Virus genome (UHGV): UHGV-0162636
Direction: 5' to 3' (one strand)
Length of the DNA: 17,750 bases
Origin: a virus
Shown: positions 7,233-14,637 of the stretch, in pieces
How the letters are laid out: each line of letters begins with the position of its first letter
Numbering within the stretch: position 1 is the stretch's first letter
The notes under the pieces: generated by a model
Told to the model about the DNA's origin: nothing
What the model saw: only the letters and a program-made list of their open reading frames with translations
Database searches by the model: none
Position numbers and translations under genes: made by a program

Positions 7233-8014
7233 ATAACGTATTCGCAGCAATTCAGAATCGTGATGCTGGTGCCATGGCTCGCATGATGGGCCCGGACAAT
7301 CACCATGATCAGCAGGACAACGTTGTTAACATCAGCGCAGAGCGTCTCGTCGATGCCCTGTTTAAACAGCTTAAGCAACTCTTTCCTGCAGCTGAGCAGA
7401 CCAACCTGAAGACCGCGCAGCAGGAAACCGACGCGAAGCGCCAGTGGATAGCCGCATTCGCTGAAGGTGGGATCCGTACCCGCGAGCAGGTATCGGCAGG
7501 TATGCGTCATGCCCGCGCCAGTGAATCACCGTTCTGGCCTTCGCCCGGGCAGTTCATCAAGTGGTGCAAGGACAGCAAAATGGTGCTTGGCGTGAGCATC
7601 GAGGACGTGATGGGGGAGTTTCACCGTTACGCCAAAGAGAAAAGCTTACAGCCCGGAGGACCTGAGAGATTCCCGTGGCGCCACCCGGTCATGTACTGGA
7701 TTGTATGCGATACCCGCCGTGCGATGTACCAGCGCCAGCTGAGTGAGGTGGAAGTTGAGAGGCATGCGCGCAAACTGCTTGAGGAATGGGCTACGAAAGT
7801 GGCGGCCGGTCACCAGATTCCGGATCCGGTTCTCAGCATCCAGGCGAAGCCAGAGCCGATACAAACACCGGATGACACAGGGGGGAGTGCTTACCACCCT
7901 CCCGGAAAAAGCTTCGGATGCATGCCGAATTCCGCCACCCTTGGAGGGCTGACACCGGCCCAGTGGTTGATGGAGGAATACCGGCGAGGGAAGGCAGCGG
8001 GACTCATCAGGTAG
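7229..8014 (+). CDS. P: Replication protein P homolog (DnaB helicase loader, lambda P family)
   Basis: 261-aa ORF. LFPAAEQTN...KRQWIAAFAEGGIRTREQVSAGMRHARASESPFWPSPGQFIKWCKD aligns by eye with lambda P (FPASLANRDQ...RRQWVLAFRENGITTMEQVNAGMRVARRQNRPFLPSPGQFVAWCRE), recalled from memory. Confidence 0.85.
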   Translation: MNNVFAAIQNRDAGAMARMMGPDNHHDQQDNVVNISAERLVDALFKQLKQLFPAAEQTNLKTAQQETDAKRQWIAAFAEGGIRTREQVSAGMRHARASESPFWPSPGQFIKWCKDSKMVLGVSIEDVMGEFHRYAKEKSLQPGGPERFPWRHPVMYWIVCDTRRAMYQRQLSEVEVERHARKLLEEWATKVAAGHQIPDPVLSIQAKPEPIQTPDDTGGSAYHPPGKSFGCMPNSATLGGLTPAQWLMEEYRRGKAAGLIR

Positions 8015-8051
8015 CACCAGCGCGGCAGCGCATTTTTTTACGCCTGTATAA

Positions 8052-8066
8052 TTACCTTGCTGGTAA
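8052..8066. promoter_or_regulatory. Variant palindrome TTACC-TTGCT-GGTAA (copy C1)
   Basis: Same 5-bp half-sites at the same centre-to-centre spacing as the perfect copies, but the inner base pair differs. Confidence 0.4.
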
Positions 8067-8113
8067 CAAAATATGCGCATAGCTATTTATTTTAACTCTA
8101 ATGTGGATTTAAA

Positions 8114-8128
8114 TTACCTGAGAGGTAA
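8114..8128. promoter_or_regulatory. 15-bp palindrome TTACCTGAGAGGTAA (copy C2) overlapping the ribosome-binding site of the 8132 gene
   Basis: Perfect TTACCT-N3-AGGTAA ending 3 nt before the ATG at 8132; the GAGGT inside it is the likely Shine-Dalgarno. Confidence 0.55.
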
Positions 8129-8131
8129 GCC

Positions 8132-8923
8132 ATGACAGCAATATTAGGGATTGACCCGGGATGCAGCGGGGCGCTGGTTCTCGTAACTGAGCAGGGCGGA
8201 TACATCGACCATCTGGCAATGCCAACCATCAAGGTCGGCACAAAGTCCAGGGTGAACGGCGCAGCGGTAGCTGCATGGGTTCGGCAGTACGGAATCACTC
8301 ATGCGTACCTAGAGCAGGTCGGAGCCATGCCAGGACAGGGAACGGCAAGCATGTTCACGTTCGGGCATGCAGCTGGCGTACCGGCGCTTAAATTCCTCGC
8401 TTCATACATAGCAGGCACGACATTGGCTGGGATGTTTGCAAACCAGATGAACAGCCTATTGACCGGCAATGACCCACTGGATATGACAAAGCCAACTACA
8501 TGGGTGCAGGCTCTGCTGAAGGGCGGCTCATTCGGTATCTACGGCGATTTCCTTTTCCAGGACCATACGCAATATGGATCCAGTATCGCGGCCACCATCG
8601 GGGGGCCGGTGCTGAGCTTCGCCGAGCAGTTAACCAAACTTCTGATCACGAACCCGCAGAAGGCATTGCAGGGCGAAGAAACTTCTTTCGGTGCCGATGC
8701 GCTGAAGACGGCGCGCATGATCACCCCATTCGCCAACCTCTGGTACGCGAAAGCCATTACCAACCACCTGATACTCCAGCAACTTCAGGAGATGGCTAAC
8801 CCAGGGTATAACGACAGGGTGCGTGACAGAGCGCAGCGTGAATTCAACACGACGAGCTGGTGGGAGCCTGGCGAGACAACGCCTCGCCGCGCACCAGACC
8901 TCGGGAAGGCAGTGGGGCAATAA
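8132..8923 (+). CDS. Chimeric ORF: RuvC-like Holliday-junction resolvase N-terminus (about 85 aa) fused to an unrelated C-terminal segment, possibly a virion or DNA-injection protein fragment
   Basis: N-terminus MTAILGIDPGCSGALVLV matches the RuvC-type ILGIDPG motif. After about residue 85 the sequence no longer resembles a resolvase. A complete resolvase would be about 160 aa. Confidence 0.5.
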   Translation: MTAILGIDPGCSGALVLVTEQGGYIDHLAMPTIKVGTKSRVNGAAVAAWVRQYGITHAYLEQVGAMPGQGTASMFTFGHAAGVPALKFLASYIAGTTLAGMFANQMNSLLTGNDPLDMTKPTTWVQALLKGGSFGIYGDFLFQDHTQYGSSIAATIGGPVLSFAEQLTKLLITNPQKALQGEETSFGADALKTARMITPFANLWYAKAITNHLILQQLQEMANPGYNDRVRDRAQREFNTTSWWEPGETTPRRAPDLGKAVGQ

Positions 8924-9114
8924 TGGATATATTGATCAAGATAGGCATGATTCTGTTCTGGTTTGCGTTCTTCGTGGTATGCGGCACGGCGTATGTTTGG
9001 GCGGTAATATTCGCTATCAGAAAAGGTTGGCTTGGCGAGACCTCTGCGAAGGTCGTTTACTTCGCGACCTTCGTCATTCTCGCGGCTATAGTGTTTAAGC
9101 TACCATTACTGTGA
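8923..9114 (+). CDS. Small hydrophobic membrane protein (63 aa, two predicted TM segments)
   Basis: Internal ATG at 8923 overlaps the TAA of the upstream ORF. Sequence MDILIKIGMILFWFAFFVVCGTAYVWAVIFAIRKGWLGE...FATFVILAAIVFKL is strongly hydrophobic. Confidence 0.5.
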   Translation: MDILIKIGMILFWFAFFVVCGTAYVWAVIFAIRKGWLGETSAKVVYFATFVILAAIVFKLPLL

Positions 9115-9123
9115 CATGTCACA

Positions 9124-9146
9124 AGGCCGCTATGCGGCCTTTTTTT
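9124..9146 (+). terminator. Rho-independent terminator (probably works for both convergent genes)
   Basis: AGGCCGC-tat-GCGGCCT stem-loop followed by TTTTTT. The T-run overlaps the stop codon of the minus-strand gene. Confidence 0.6.
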
Positions 9147-9405
9147 AAGTCGTTTCCTGCTTCAGTTTTTCCACACAGTAATCGAGATGCATCTGCAGAT
9201 CCTTCATGGACATCTGCGAGCTGGTGACGTAGTTCACCAAGGCAGTTAGTTCCGCCATCGGGCCATCAACGTTAAATCCGTCCTCATTCAGTTGTCGCAG
9301 CAACGTCATCAGATGTGATTCTTCTACAAGGGAGCGGACGCCTCCCGGCGTGTGTATGCGTTCGGCAAATCCTTTTTCCAGCGGGTGATGATACTGACGT
9401 TGCAT
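9145..9405 (-). CDS. Small SOS-regulated protein (86 aa), candidate antirepressor or moron of unknown function
   Basis: ATG at 9405 with GGAGAA Shine-Dalgarno; the track's TTG start at 9423 is less likely. A near-consensus LexA box lies 20-39 bp upstream. No motif recognised in the protein. Confidence 0.55.
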   Translation of the reverse strand: MQRQYHHPLEKGFAERIHTPGGVRSLVEESHLMTLLRQLNEDGFNVDGPMAELTALVNYVTSSQMSMKDLQMHLDYCVEKLKQETT

Positions 9406-9424
9406 CTCATGTTCTCCATGCAAT

Positions 9425-9444
9425 TACTGTATGTATGTACAGTA
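9425..9444. promoter_or_regulatory. LexA (SOS) box TACTGTATGTATGTACAGTA
   Basis: CTGT-N8-ACAG with an AT-rich spacer, matching the enterobacterial SOS-box consensus TACTGTATATATATACAGTA at 18 of 20 positions. Immediately upstream of the 9145..9405 gene. Confidence 0.65.
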
Positions 9445-9481
9445 GCAAAACTTTGAAACACTATCCAGCACGATATGAGCT

Positions 9482-9496
9482 TTACCTGAAAGGTAA
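9482..9496. promoter_or_regulatory. 15-bp palindrome TTACCTGAAAGGTAA (copy D) between the SOS-regulated gene and the tailspike gene
   Basis: Perfect TTACCT-N3-AGGTAA; a further AGGTAATAA half-site at 9541-9549. A TATAAG -10-like hexamer lies about 30 bp downstream on the plus strand. Confidence 0.55.
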
Positions 9497-9600
9497 TAAC
9501 TTTCATGATTGTTATTCATTCAATTCATATAAGGTTTGCTAGGTAATAAACTGTCCAGATGATGCATGCGCGCCGGGCGCTGCTTTATTGGAGACAGGCC

Positions 9601-12351
9601 ATGACGGTATCAACCGTAGTTGACCATAACGATTACACCGGGAACGGCGTTACGACATCATTCCCTTACACCTTCCGAATTTTCAAGAAAGCAGACCTTA
9701 CCGTTTCAGTGATTGACCTGAGCGAAAACATCACGGTACTGGTGCTGGATACTGACTACACCGTGACGAACGCTGGTGGCTTTAACGGCGGAAGTGTTGT
9801 TCTTACCTCGCCGCTGGCGAACGGTTGGCAAATATCGATTGCCCGCGAGCTGGAGGCAACGCAGGAAACAGACCTGCGCAATCAGGGTAAGTTTTTCGCT
9901 GAGGTGCATGAAGATGCATTCGATAAACTGACGATGCTGATTCAGCAGGTGGGCAGTTTGTTCAGCCTGGCATTGCGTAAACCGTCGTTTGTGGCAAATT
10001 ATTACGATGCCATGAGTAACTATATTAGAAATCTGCGAGATCCGGTAAGGCCACAGGATGCAGCAACTAAAAATTATGCTGATTCATTAAGCGAAGGAAA
10101 TACTTCACATACAGATTTGTTATTCAGCAGAACGCTTCGTACGGAAGAAAGCATCCCACAATTACCATCTATTGAGTTACGAAAAAATAAAATTGTTGGT
10201 ATGGATTCATCTGGTAATCCGATTATGCTTCTTCCGGAAAGCGGAAGCGCAGCGGATGTCCTCATTGAATTAGCAAGCACTGATGATGGGAAGGGGGATT
10301 CCTTAATTGGCGTAAAACAGCCTTATGCTGGAGCGGTAGGGCGTACGCAGCATGATTTTAACGCGCAGTTTATCAGTATTAAAGACTTCTTAGGCGATGA
10401 ATATTCCGGCGCAACGGACGCCTCACCGGCATTCTCTACCGCAAACGCCCTAGTGCCAAAGGGCAAGCAAATTCTCGTTCCTGCTGGAAACTACATGCTC
10501 AATACCGAAGTGGACTGCTACGGCCGCCACTTCATTTTTGAAGAGCCAGTAACGATAACAGGAACCGGATATCTTCGCCGTGCTGTTGTTCAGCGTATTG
10601 ATGGTGGTTCCGGGGCTGTAAGTATTGGAACTGAAGGCGTTCGCGGTTCGGATGGGCACCCGCAATTTGGTGTTAACTTCAGGTTTGGGAGCAATGCTGG
10701 CAATGTATCCGGTCTACAGGTTGGTGGCGGAAACCCAATTAATGGAACTTATGGTAATGTTTTCTTTCCGGATGGCTATTCGTCATGGACTTCAGTACAA
10801 CCAAGTAAATACCCAAGCCCGACAGAGATCGCAGTCCAGCCAGCTTCTCGCGCGGGTAAATGCACAACTGTTGCCGGAACTAATATCGTAAATGTAAATA
10901 CAGGACCAGGCTTAACGGTTGATGAAATTGGAAAAACAATATGGATCAGGGATGCTGGGTATACGGTGGTATCAGTGGCATCAGGATCATTTACAGTGAA
11001 AAACATCGATAACAGCGCGGTGTCATTTCCGTCATCAATATCTGCAACCTATGTATGCTGTTACATTTGGGGGCAGGGTAAATGCAATGTATCGGGGAAG
11101 AAAATTATTCGTATATCTGGCGACCCATTTATTCCGCTCAACAATATACAAACTACGTTCGTAGTGAATGGCATTACGACTGTACAGGCATCATATTCTG
11201 ATTCTTGGTTAGCCACACTTACCGCGGATGTAGGTATTGCTGATAATGTCGACTATTATTGGTGGGGTAGTGTAGATAACTTAGTTACTGCATTGCGTAT
11301 GCATCGTGTTACCGGAGCTGGATTTGAAGAAAATATTTCTCTTATTGCTTCTGCTCGGGGATTTTATCACCTACACGCAGCTGGTGGTAACGGTGACCAG
11401 TATCCAGTATTTATTGGTAGTGGGTGGGATCCGGACGGCAATGCACGACGACAGATCACTGTTGATGGTGTAAATGGCATAGTCACTATAGGGGGGGCAT
11501 ACGGGCGAGCATGTGCAGAGTTCGGTTATCGCACATACTCTTCTGGAGACGTGAATAGATTTCGTTTTGATAGTGCCACTACTGGTGATCAACCTGCTTT
11601 TAGCGCTGTCGGCCCTGATGCGAATATAAATACTATTCTGGCCGCGAAAGGTAATGGGTTTATTCAAATAAATAATGAACTACATTTTAATGCCGCTATT
11701 TACCCGCATGTAGATAATATGTTTACCGTTGGTAAATCTGGAAATCGCCCTTCATCTATTTGGGCTGCAAATGGAACAATTCAAACATCTGATGGAACTT
11801 TAAAAACTGATGTGGCTGAAAGCAACTTATCGATAGAGTTTATTAAAGGGCTGCATCCGGTATCATATCGTTTCATCAGTGGGGGGAATGTTGTTGAAGA
11901 AATTGATGACGGATTTGAATATATAGAACGGCAGGTCACTGAGATTATCCATAGTACAGAAGAGATTAACGAGCGAATTAATGTTGATGGTGTAATCAAA
12001 TTTGTAAGAAAATATGTTACAAAAGAAGTTGAGCACCCGGTATTTGATACTGTTAACGTTGAAGACGAAAACGGTAGTTTCCTTGAGACGGTCAGCATTC
12101 CTCGCATGGAAACTGTAAGGGTACCAAAGAAAAAAACGGTTATCACTTCGGTTGCCGGTAAGCGTACCCATTACGGCTTTATCGCTCAGGAAGTTAAAGC
12201 CCTACTTGATCAACTCGGCACTGGCGACTTTGGTGGATATGTAGAGGGTGAAGATGGGGAGATTGGTTTACGTTATGAACAATTCATAGCACCAATTGTA
12301 TCAGCGATGCAAGATGTAATAAAAAGAATTGAAAAATTGGAAGGCAATTAA
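9601..12351 (+). CDS. Tailspike/tail fibre protein: conserved N-terminal anchor, central beta-helix depolymerase-like domain, C-terminal intramolecular chaperone (peptidase S74-like) domain
   Basis: ATG at 9601 with GGAGACAGG Shine-Dalgarno (the track's start at 9559 is less likely). N-terminus TVSTVVDHNDYTGNGVTTSFPYTF...DAATKNYADS is tail-fibre-anchor-like. Centre has DDGKGDSLIGVKQP...FISIKDFLGDEYSGATDASPAF, resembling pectate-lyase-fold tailspikes. C-terminus SDGTLKTDV...HYGFIAQEVKALL...IEKLEG is typical of auto-cleaving chaperone domains. Confidence 0.8.
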   Translation: MTVSTVVDHNDYTGNGVTTSFPYTFRIFKKADLTVSVIDLSENITVLVLDTDYTVTNAGGFNGGSVVLTSPLANGWQISIARELEATQETDLRNQGKFFAEVHEDAFDKLTMLIQQVGSLFSLALRKPSFVANYYDAMSNYIRNLRDPVRPQDAATKNYADSLSEGNTSHTDLLFSRTLRTEESIPQLPSIELRKNKIVGMDSSGNPIMLLPESGSAADVLIELASTDDGKGDSLIGVKQPYAGAVGRTQHDFNAQFISIKDFLGDEYSGATDASPAFSTANALVPKGKQILVPAGNYMLNTEVDCYGRHFIFEEPVTITGTGYLRRAVVQRIDGGSGAVSIGTEGVRGSDGHPQFGVNFRFGSNAGNVSGLQVGGGNPINGTYGNVFFPDGYSSWTSVQPSKYPSPTEIAVQPASRAGKCTTVAGTNIVNVNTGPGLTVDEIGKTIWIRDAGYTVVSVASGSFTVKNIDNSAVSFPSSISATYVCCYIWGQGKCNVSGKKIIRISGDPFIPLNNIQTTFVVNGITTVQASYSDSWLATLTADVGIADNVDYYWWGSVDNLVTALRMHRVTGAGFEENISLIASARGFYHLHAAGGNGDQYPVFIGSGWDPDGNARRQITVDGVNGIVTIGGAYGRACAEFGYRTYSSGDVNRFRFDSATTGDQPAFSAVGPDANINTILAAKGNGFIQINNELHFNAAIYPHVDNMFTVGKSGNRPSSIWAANGTIQTSDGTLKTDVAESNLSIEFIKGLHPVSYRFISGGNVVEEIDDGFEYIERQVTEIIHSTEEINERINVDGVIKFVRKYVTKEVEHPVFDTVNVEDENGSFLETVSIPRMETVRVPKKKTVITSVAGKRTHYGFIAQEVKALLDQLGTGDFGGYVEGEDGEIGLRYEQFIAPIVSAMQDVIKRIEKLEGN

Positions 12352-12358
12352 GTAGATT

Positions 12359-12391
12359 GGTGGGGCTTACGCCCCACCTTTTTATTTTTTT
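12359..12391 (+). terminator. Rho-independent terminator after the tailspike gene
   Basis: GGTGGGGC-ttac-GCCCCACC stem-loop followed by TTTTTATTTTTTT. Confidence 0.7.
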
Positions 12392-13500
12392 AATTCTGAT
12401 AATTGTTTTTCGATTTTTGAAACTCTTTCATCAAGTTTTAGTAGGTCATTTAATTTCTTGCCATTAATGTAAACATCCCCATTAATGTAAACGCCGCCAT
12501 CGTTGTCGACTGCAAGAACTTCTTTAGTATTATCATTTGAGACTATACGAGTTCCACCTTCGCCGTTTCTTATTGAAATCCAGTTGCGCTTATCTTCTGA
12601 ACCGTTCCAGCGAGTGCCTCCATATATTTCTCCCGACTTTCCTTCATTCAAGATAATACCGGTACCAACACCTTCTGTGCGTGCCTGCATTATCCCTTCG
12701 CGGAATAGAGATCGCCTAAAGTCAAAACCCATCTTGGCTTTATCAAAATCAGCAACAATGAGCCTGCCATAATCAGCTATAGAATTCTTGAAGTAAATCC
12801 CACTTTCCCAGACACCGCGACGCTTCTCTGCTGGTACATCTTTATCTGTATCTTCGCTTCGCACTTCTACGGCCATGGAGTTTGGATTTCCAAAGCCAAC
12901 TATCTGTAAGCCCACTTTGGACTTATTGGGGAATACTCCGGGCTTGCCGCCATTAAGGACATCAATCTCAACCCCTACGAGTTGGTTATCATAGTCTTCT
13001 GGATTGAATGTGAAATCTGAACCAGCCGGTGCCAGATCATGATATTTCCCATCCTTTGTAAAGGCCTTGAAATATGAACGAGCGCTAAAGAATGCCCCCC
13101 ACGCCTTTGAGTCTTTAGCAATGGCAGCAGAATCACCCCAGATGGAGACAGCGTTGGTGTTTGGTTTAAAATTCCATACTTCACTCAGGAAGTTTTGATA
13201 GTGATTGTGAACGCTATCATAATTATCGGCATTCTGATTTGTTAAATCATGGGCTTTTACTGGCTCACCTTTCCAGTTGTAGAACTGTGAATTAGGTTCA
13301 ATGACATCAGTGAGAATTTCATGACCGCGCAGGGCTGTATCAAGACCTTCGTATTGAGTCCAAATGCCATTTGCTCTTGGGTGATTACCTCTTACAGTAA
13401 CCTCATTTAATTTTTCATTGCCATTATCATCTTGTGAATATCCCGGCCCTGATATAAAAAGGCAACTTAATCCAAAAACAAAAAAAGAATTAACTTTCAT
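12382..13500 (-). CDS. Secreted protein of unknown function with Sec-type signal peptide (AT-rich cargo gene)
   Basis: 372-aa ORF. N-terminus MKVNSFFVFGLSCLFISGPGYSQ has the n/h/c-region architecture of a signal peptide. C-terminus has GGVYINGDVYINGKKL and a coiled-coil-like tail. GAGGAA Shine-Dalgarno. GC content well below the flanking phage genes. Confidence 0.7.
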   Translation of the reverse strand: MKVNSFFVFGLSCLFISGPGYSQDDNGNEKLNEVTVRGNHPRANGIWTQYEGLDTALRGHEILTDVIEPNSQFYNWKGEPVKAHDLTNQNADNYDSVHNHYQNFLSEVWNFKPNTNAVSIWGDSAAIAKDSKAWGAFFSARSYFKAFTKDGKYHDLAPAGSDFTFNPEDYDNQLVGVEIDVLNGGKPGVFPNKSKVGLQIVGFGNPNSMAVEVRSEDTDKDVPAEKRRGVWESGIYFKNSIADYGRLIVADFDKAKMGFDFRRSLFREGIMQARTEGVGTGIILNEGKSGEIYGGTRWNGSEDKRNWISIRNGEGGTRIVSNDNTKEVLAVDNDGGVYINGDVYINGKKLNDLLKLDERVSKIEKQLSELKK

Positions 13501-13501
13501 C

Positions 13502-13741
13502 TTACAAATTCCTCACTATTATTACATTTACATTTTGTAGCAGGATGGTATGTTGCCAAATTTTTTGGTTGTTATAATTATCATCACATCTTTCAGTGTC
13601 TGAAATAAAACATTCGTGTTCGTTTTTATATTTATTCCACGCTTTTTGCTCCATTTGATTATCGATTGCGGAAAGAGCAAGAACTGCAAACAGCGCTATT
13701 GCAAAAGAGAGGGATATGTATTTGATAATTTTGCCAATCAT
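13502..13741 (-). CDS. Small membrane-anchored or secreted Cys-containing protein (79 aa), co-oriented with the secreted protein
   Basis: Hydrophobic segment ISLSFAIALFAVLALSAI followed by a polar region with three Cys (ECFISDTERC). No clear Shine-Dalgarno; AT-rich. Confidence 0.35.
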   Translation of the reverse strand: MIGKIIKYISLSFAIALFAVLALSAIDNQMEQKAWNKYKNEHECFISDTERCDDNYNNQKIWQHTILLQNVNVIIVRNL

Positions 13742-13952
13742 GATGGTTTTCTTTTGATATCACCAGGTGGCACGATTCTGCCATGACAAATGACAAAAAA
13801 CCAGTTGGTAGCTTACACCACTGGCATGTCTGATTGTGATTATGAAGCTGCTGTATTTTTACTGATGGTAACAATTAACCACATATGGTTTATTGTGTAT
13901 GATGGACTCACCAACTAAGGGGGTTCTATATGCACAATAAACGGTGGTCACT

Positions 13953-14357
13953 ATGTCAACCACGCTGACAACAGAGTCACTCAATCAGGGGTTTAGCCTT
14001 GGTGCGCTGGCTTCCGTCGTCGCCGGGGTTCCTCCTGAGGTGGCTTTAGGGGCGCTCGCTGGCGCGGTAATTTTTGTTACCTCAGCAGTTGAGTATCCTA
14101 TAAAGCGCCGGCTTCTCCTGGCGCTTCTCAGCTTCCTCTGCGGTGTTCTCTTCTATAAAGCGACAGCTTCCATTCTGATTGGCTTTGCCAGCCTGATACC
14201 GACGATTACGCAGGACTCTTTTGAGAAGGGCATTGTGTATTCAGCCGGGGCATTCGTGTCGGCAATCGTCGCTGTTCGCATTGGCATCTGGCTGTATCAC
14301 CGTTCTGAAAATCCGCGCGACCTGATTCCGGGGAGAAAAGACGATGACCAGTCCTGA
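13953..14357 (+). CDS. Putative holin (multi-TM small membrane protein)
   Basis: About 134 aa from the ATG at 13953 (GGTGG Shine-Dalgarno-like run upstream; the track's GTG at 13944 is the alternative). At least three hydrophobic segments and a charged C-terminus (PGRKDDDQS). First gene of the lysis cassette. Confidence 0.6.
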   Translation: MSTTLTTESLNQGFSLGALASVVAGVPPEVALGALAGAVIFVTSAVEYPIKRRLLLALLSFLCGVLFYKATASILIGFASLIPTITQDSFEKGIVYSAGAFVSAIVAVRIGIWLYHRSENPRDLIPGRKDDDQS

Positions 14358-14637
14358 GCTGCTTCTCATCCTTAACGCCGCTATCTGCGGCGGCATTGCA
14401 ATCCGAGTGCTTCTGTTCCGTCGTGACGGGTCACGCCATCGCTGGTGGGGGGGATGGCTCGCCTACCTGTTGATCGTCGTGGCCGCCAGCGTACCTATCC
14501 GGACGTTTTACGGGTACTACGTCAGCGCCGACTGGTCAGAAGTCATCATTAAAGCCGTGTTCCTGGCTGCGCTCATCAAGACAAAAGGGAATGTGGTACA
14601 AATTTTCAAGATAACGAGGTCCCAGCATGGACATTAA
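14344..14637 (+). CDS. Second small lysis-cassette membrane protein (holin, antiholin or LysA-like)
   Basis: 97-aa ORF with hydrophobic segments (LLILNAAICGGIAIRVLL; WLAYLLIVVAASV). GGGGAGAAA Shine-Dalgarno. Overlaps both neighbours by a few codons. Confidence 0.55.
   Translation: MTSPELLLILNAAICGGIAIRVLLFRRDGSRHRWWGGWLAYLLIVVAASVPIRTFYGYYVSADWSEVIIKAVFLAALIKTKGNVVQIFKITRSQHGH

Noticed and set aside
9559-9600. N-terminal extension of the tailspike ORF from the track start at 9559 (MMHARRALLYWRQA)
   Set aside because: The ATG at 9601 has a well-placed GGAGACAGG Shine-Dalgarno and begins the conserved anchor sequence; the upstream extension is Arg-rich and lacks a ribosome-binding site.
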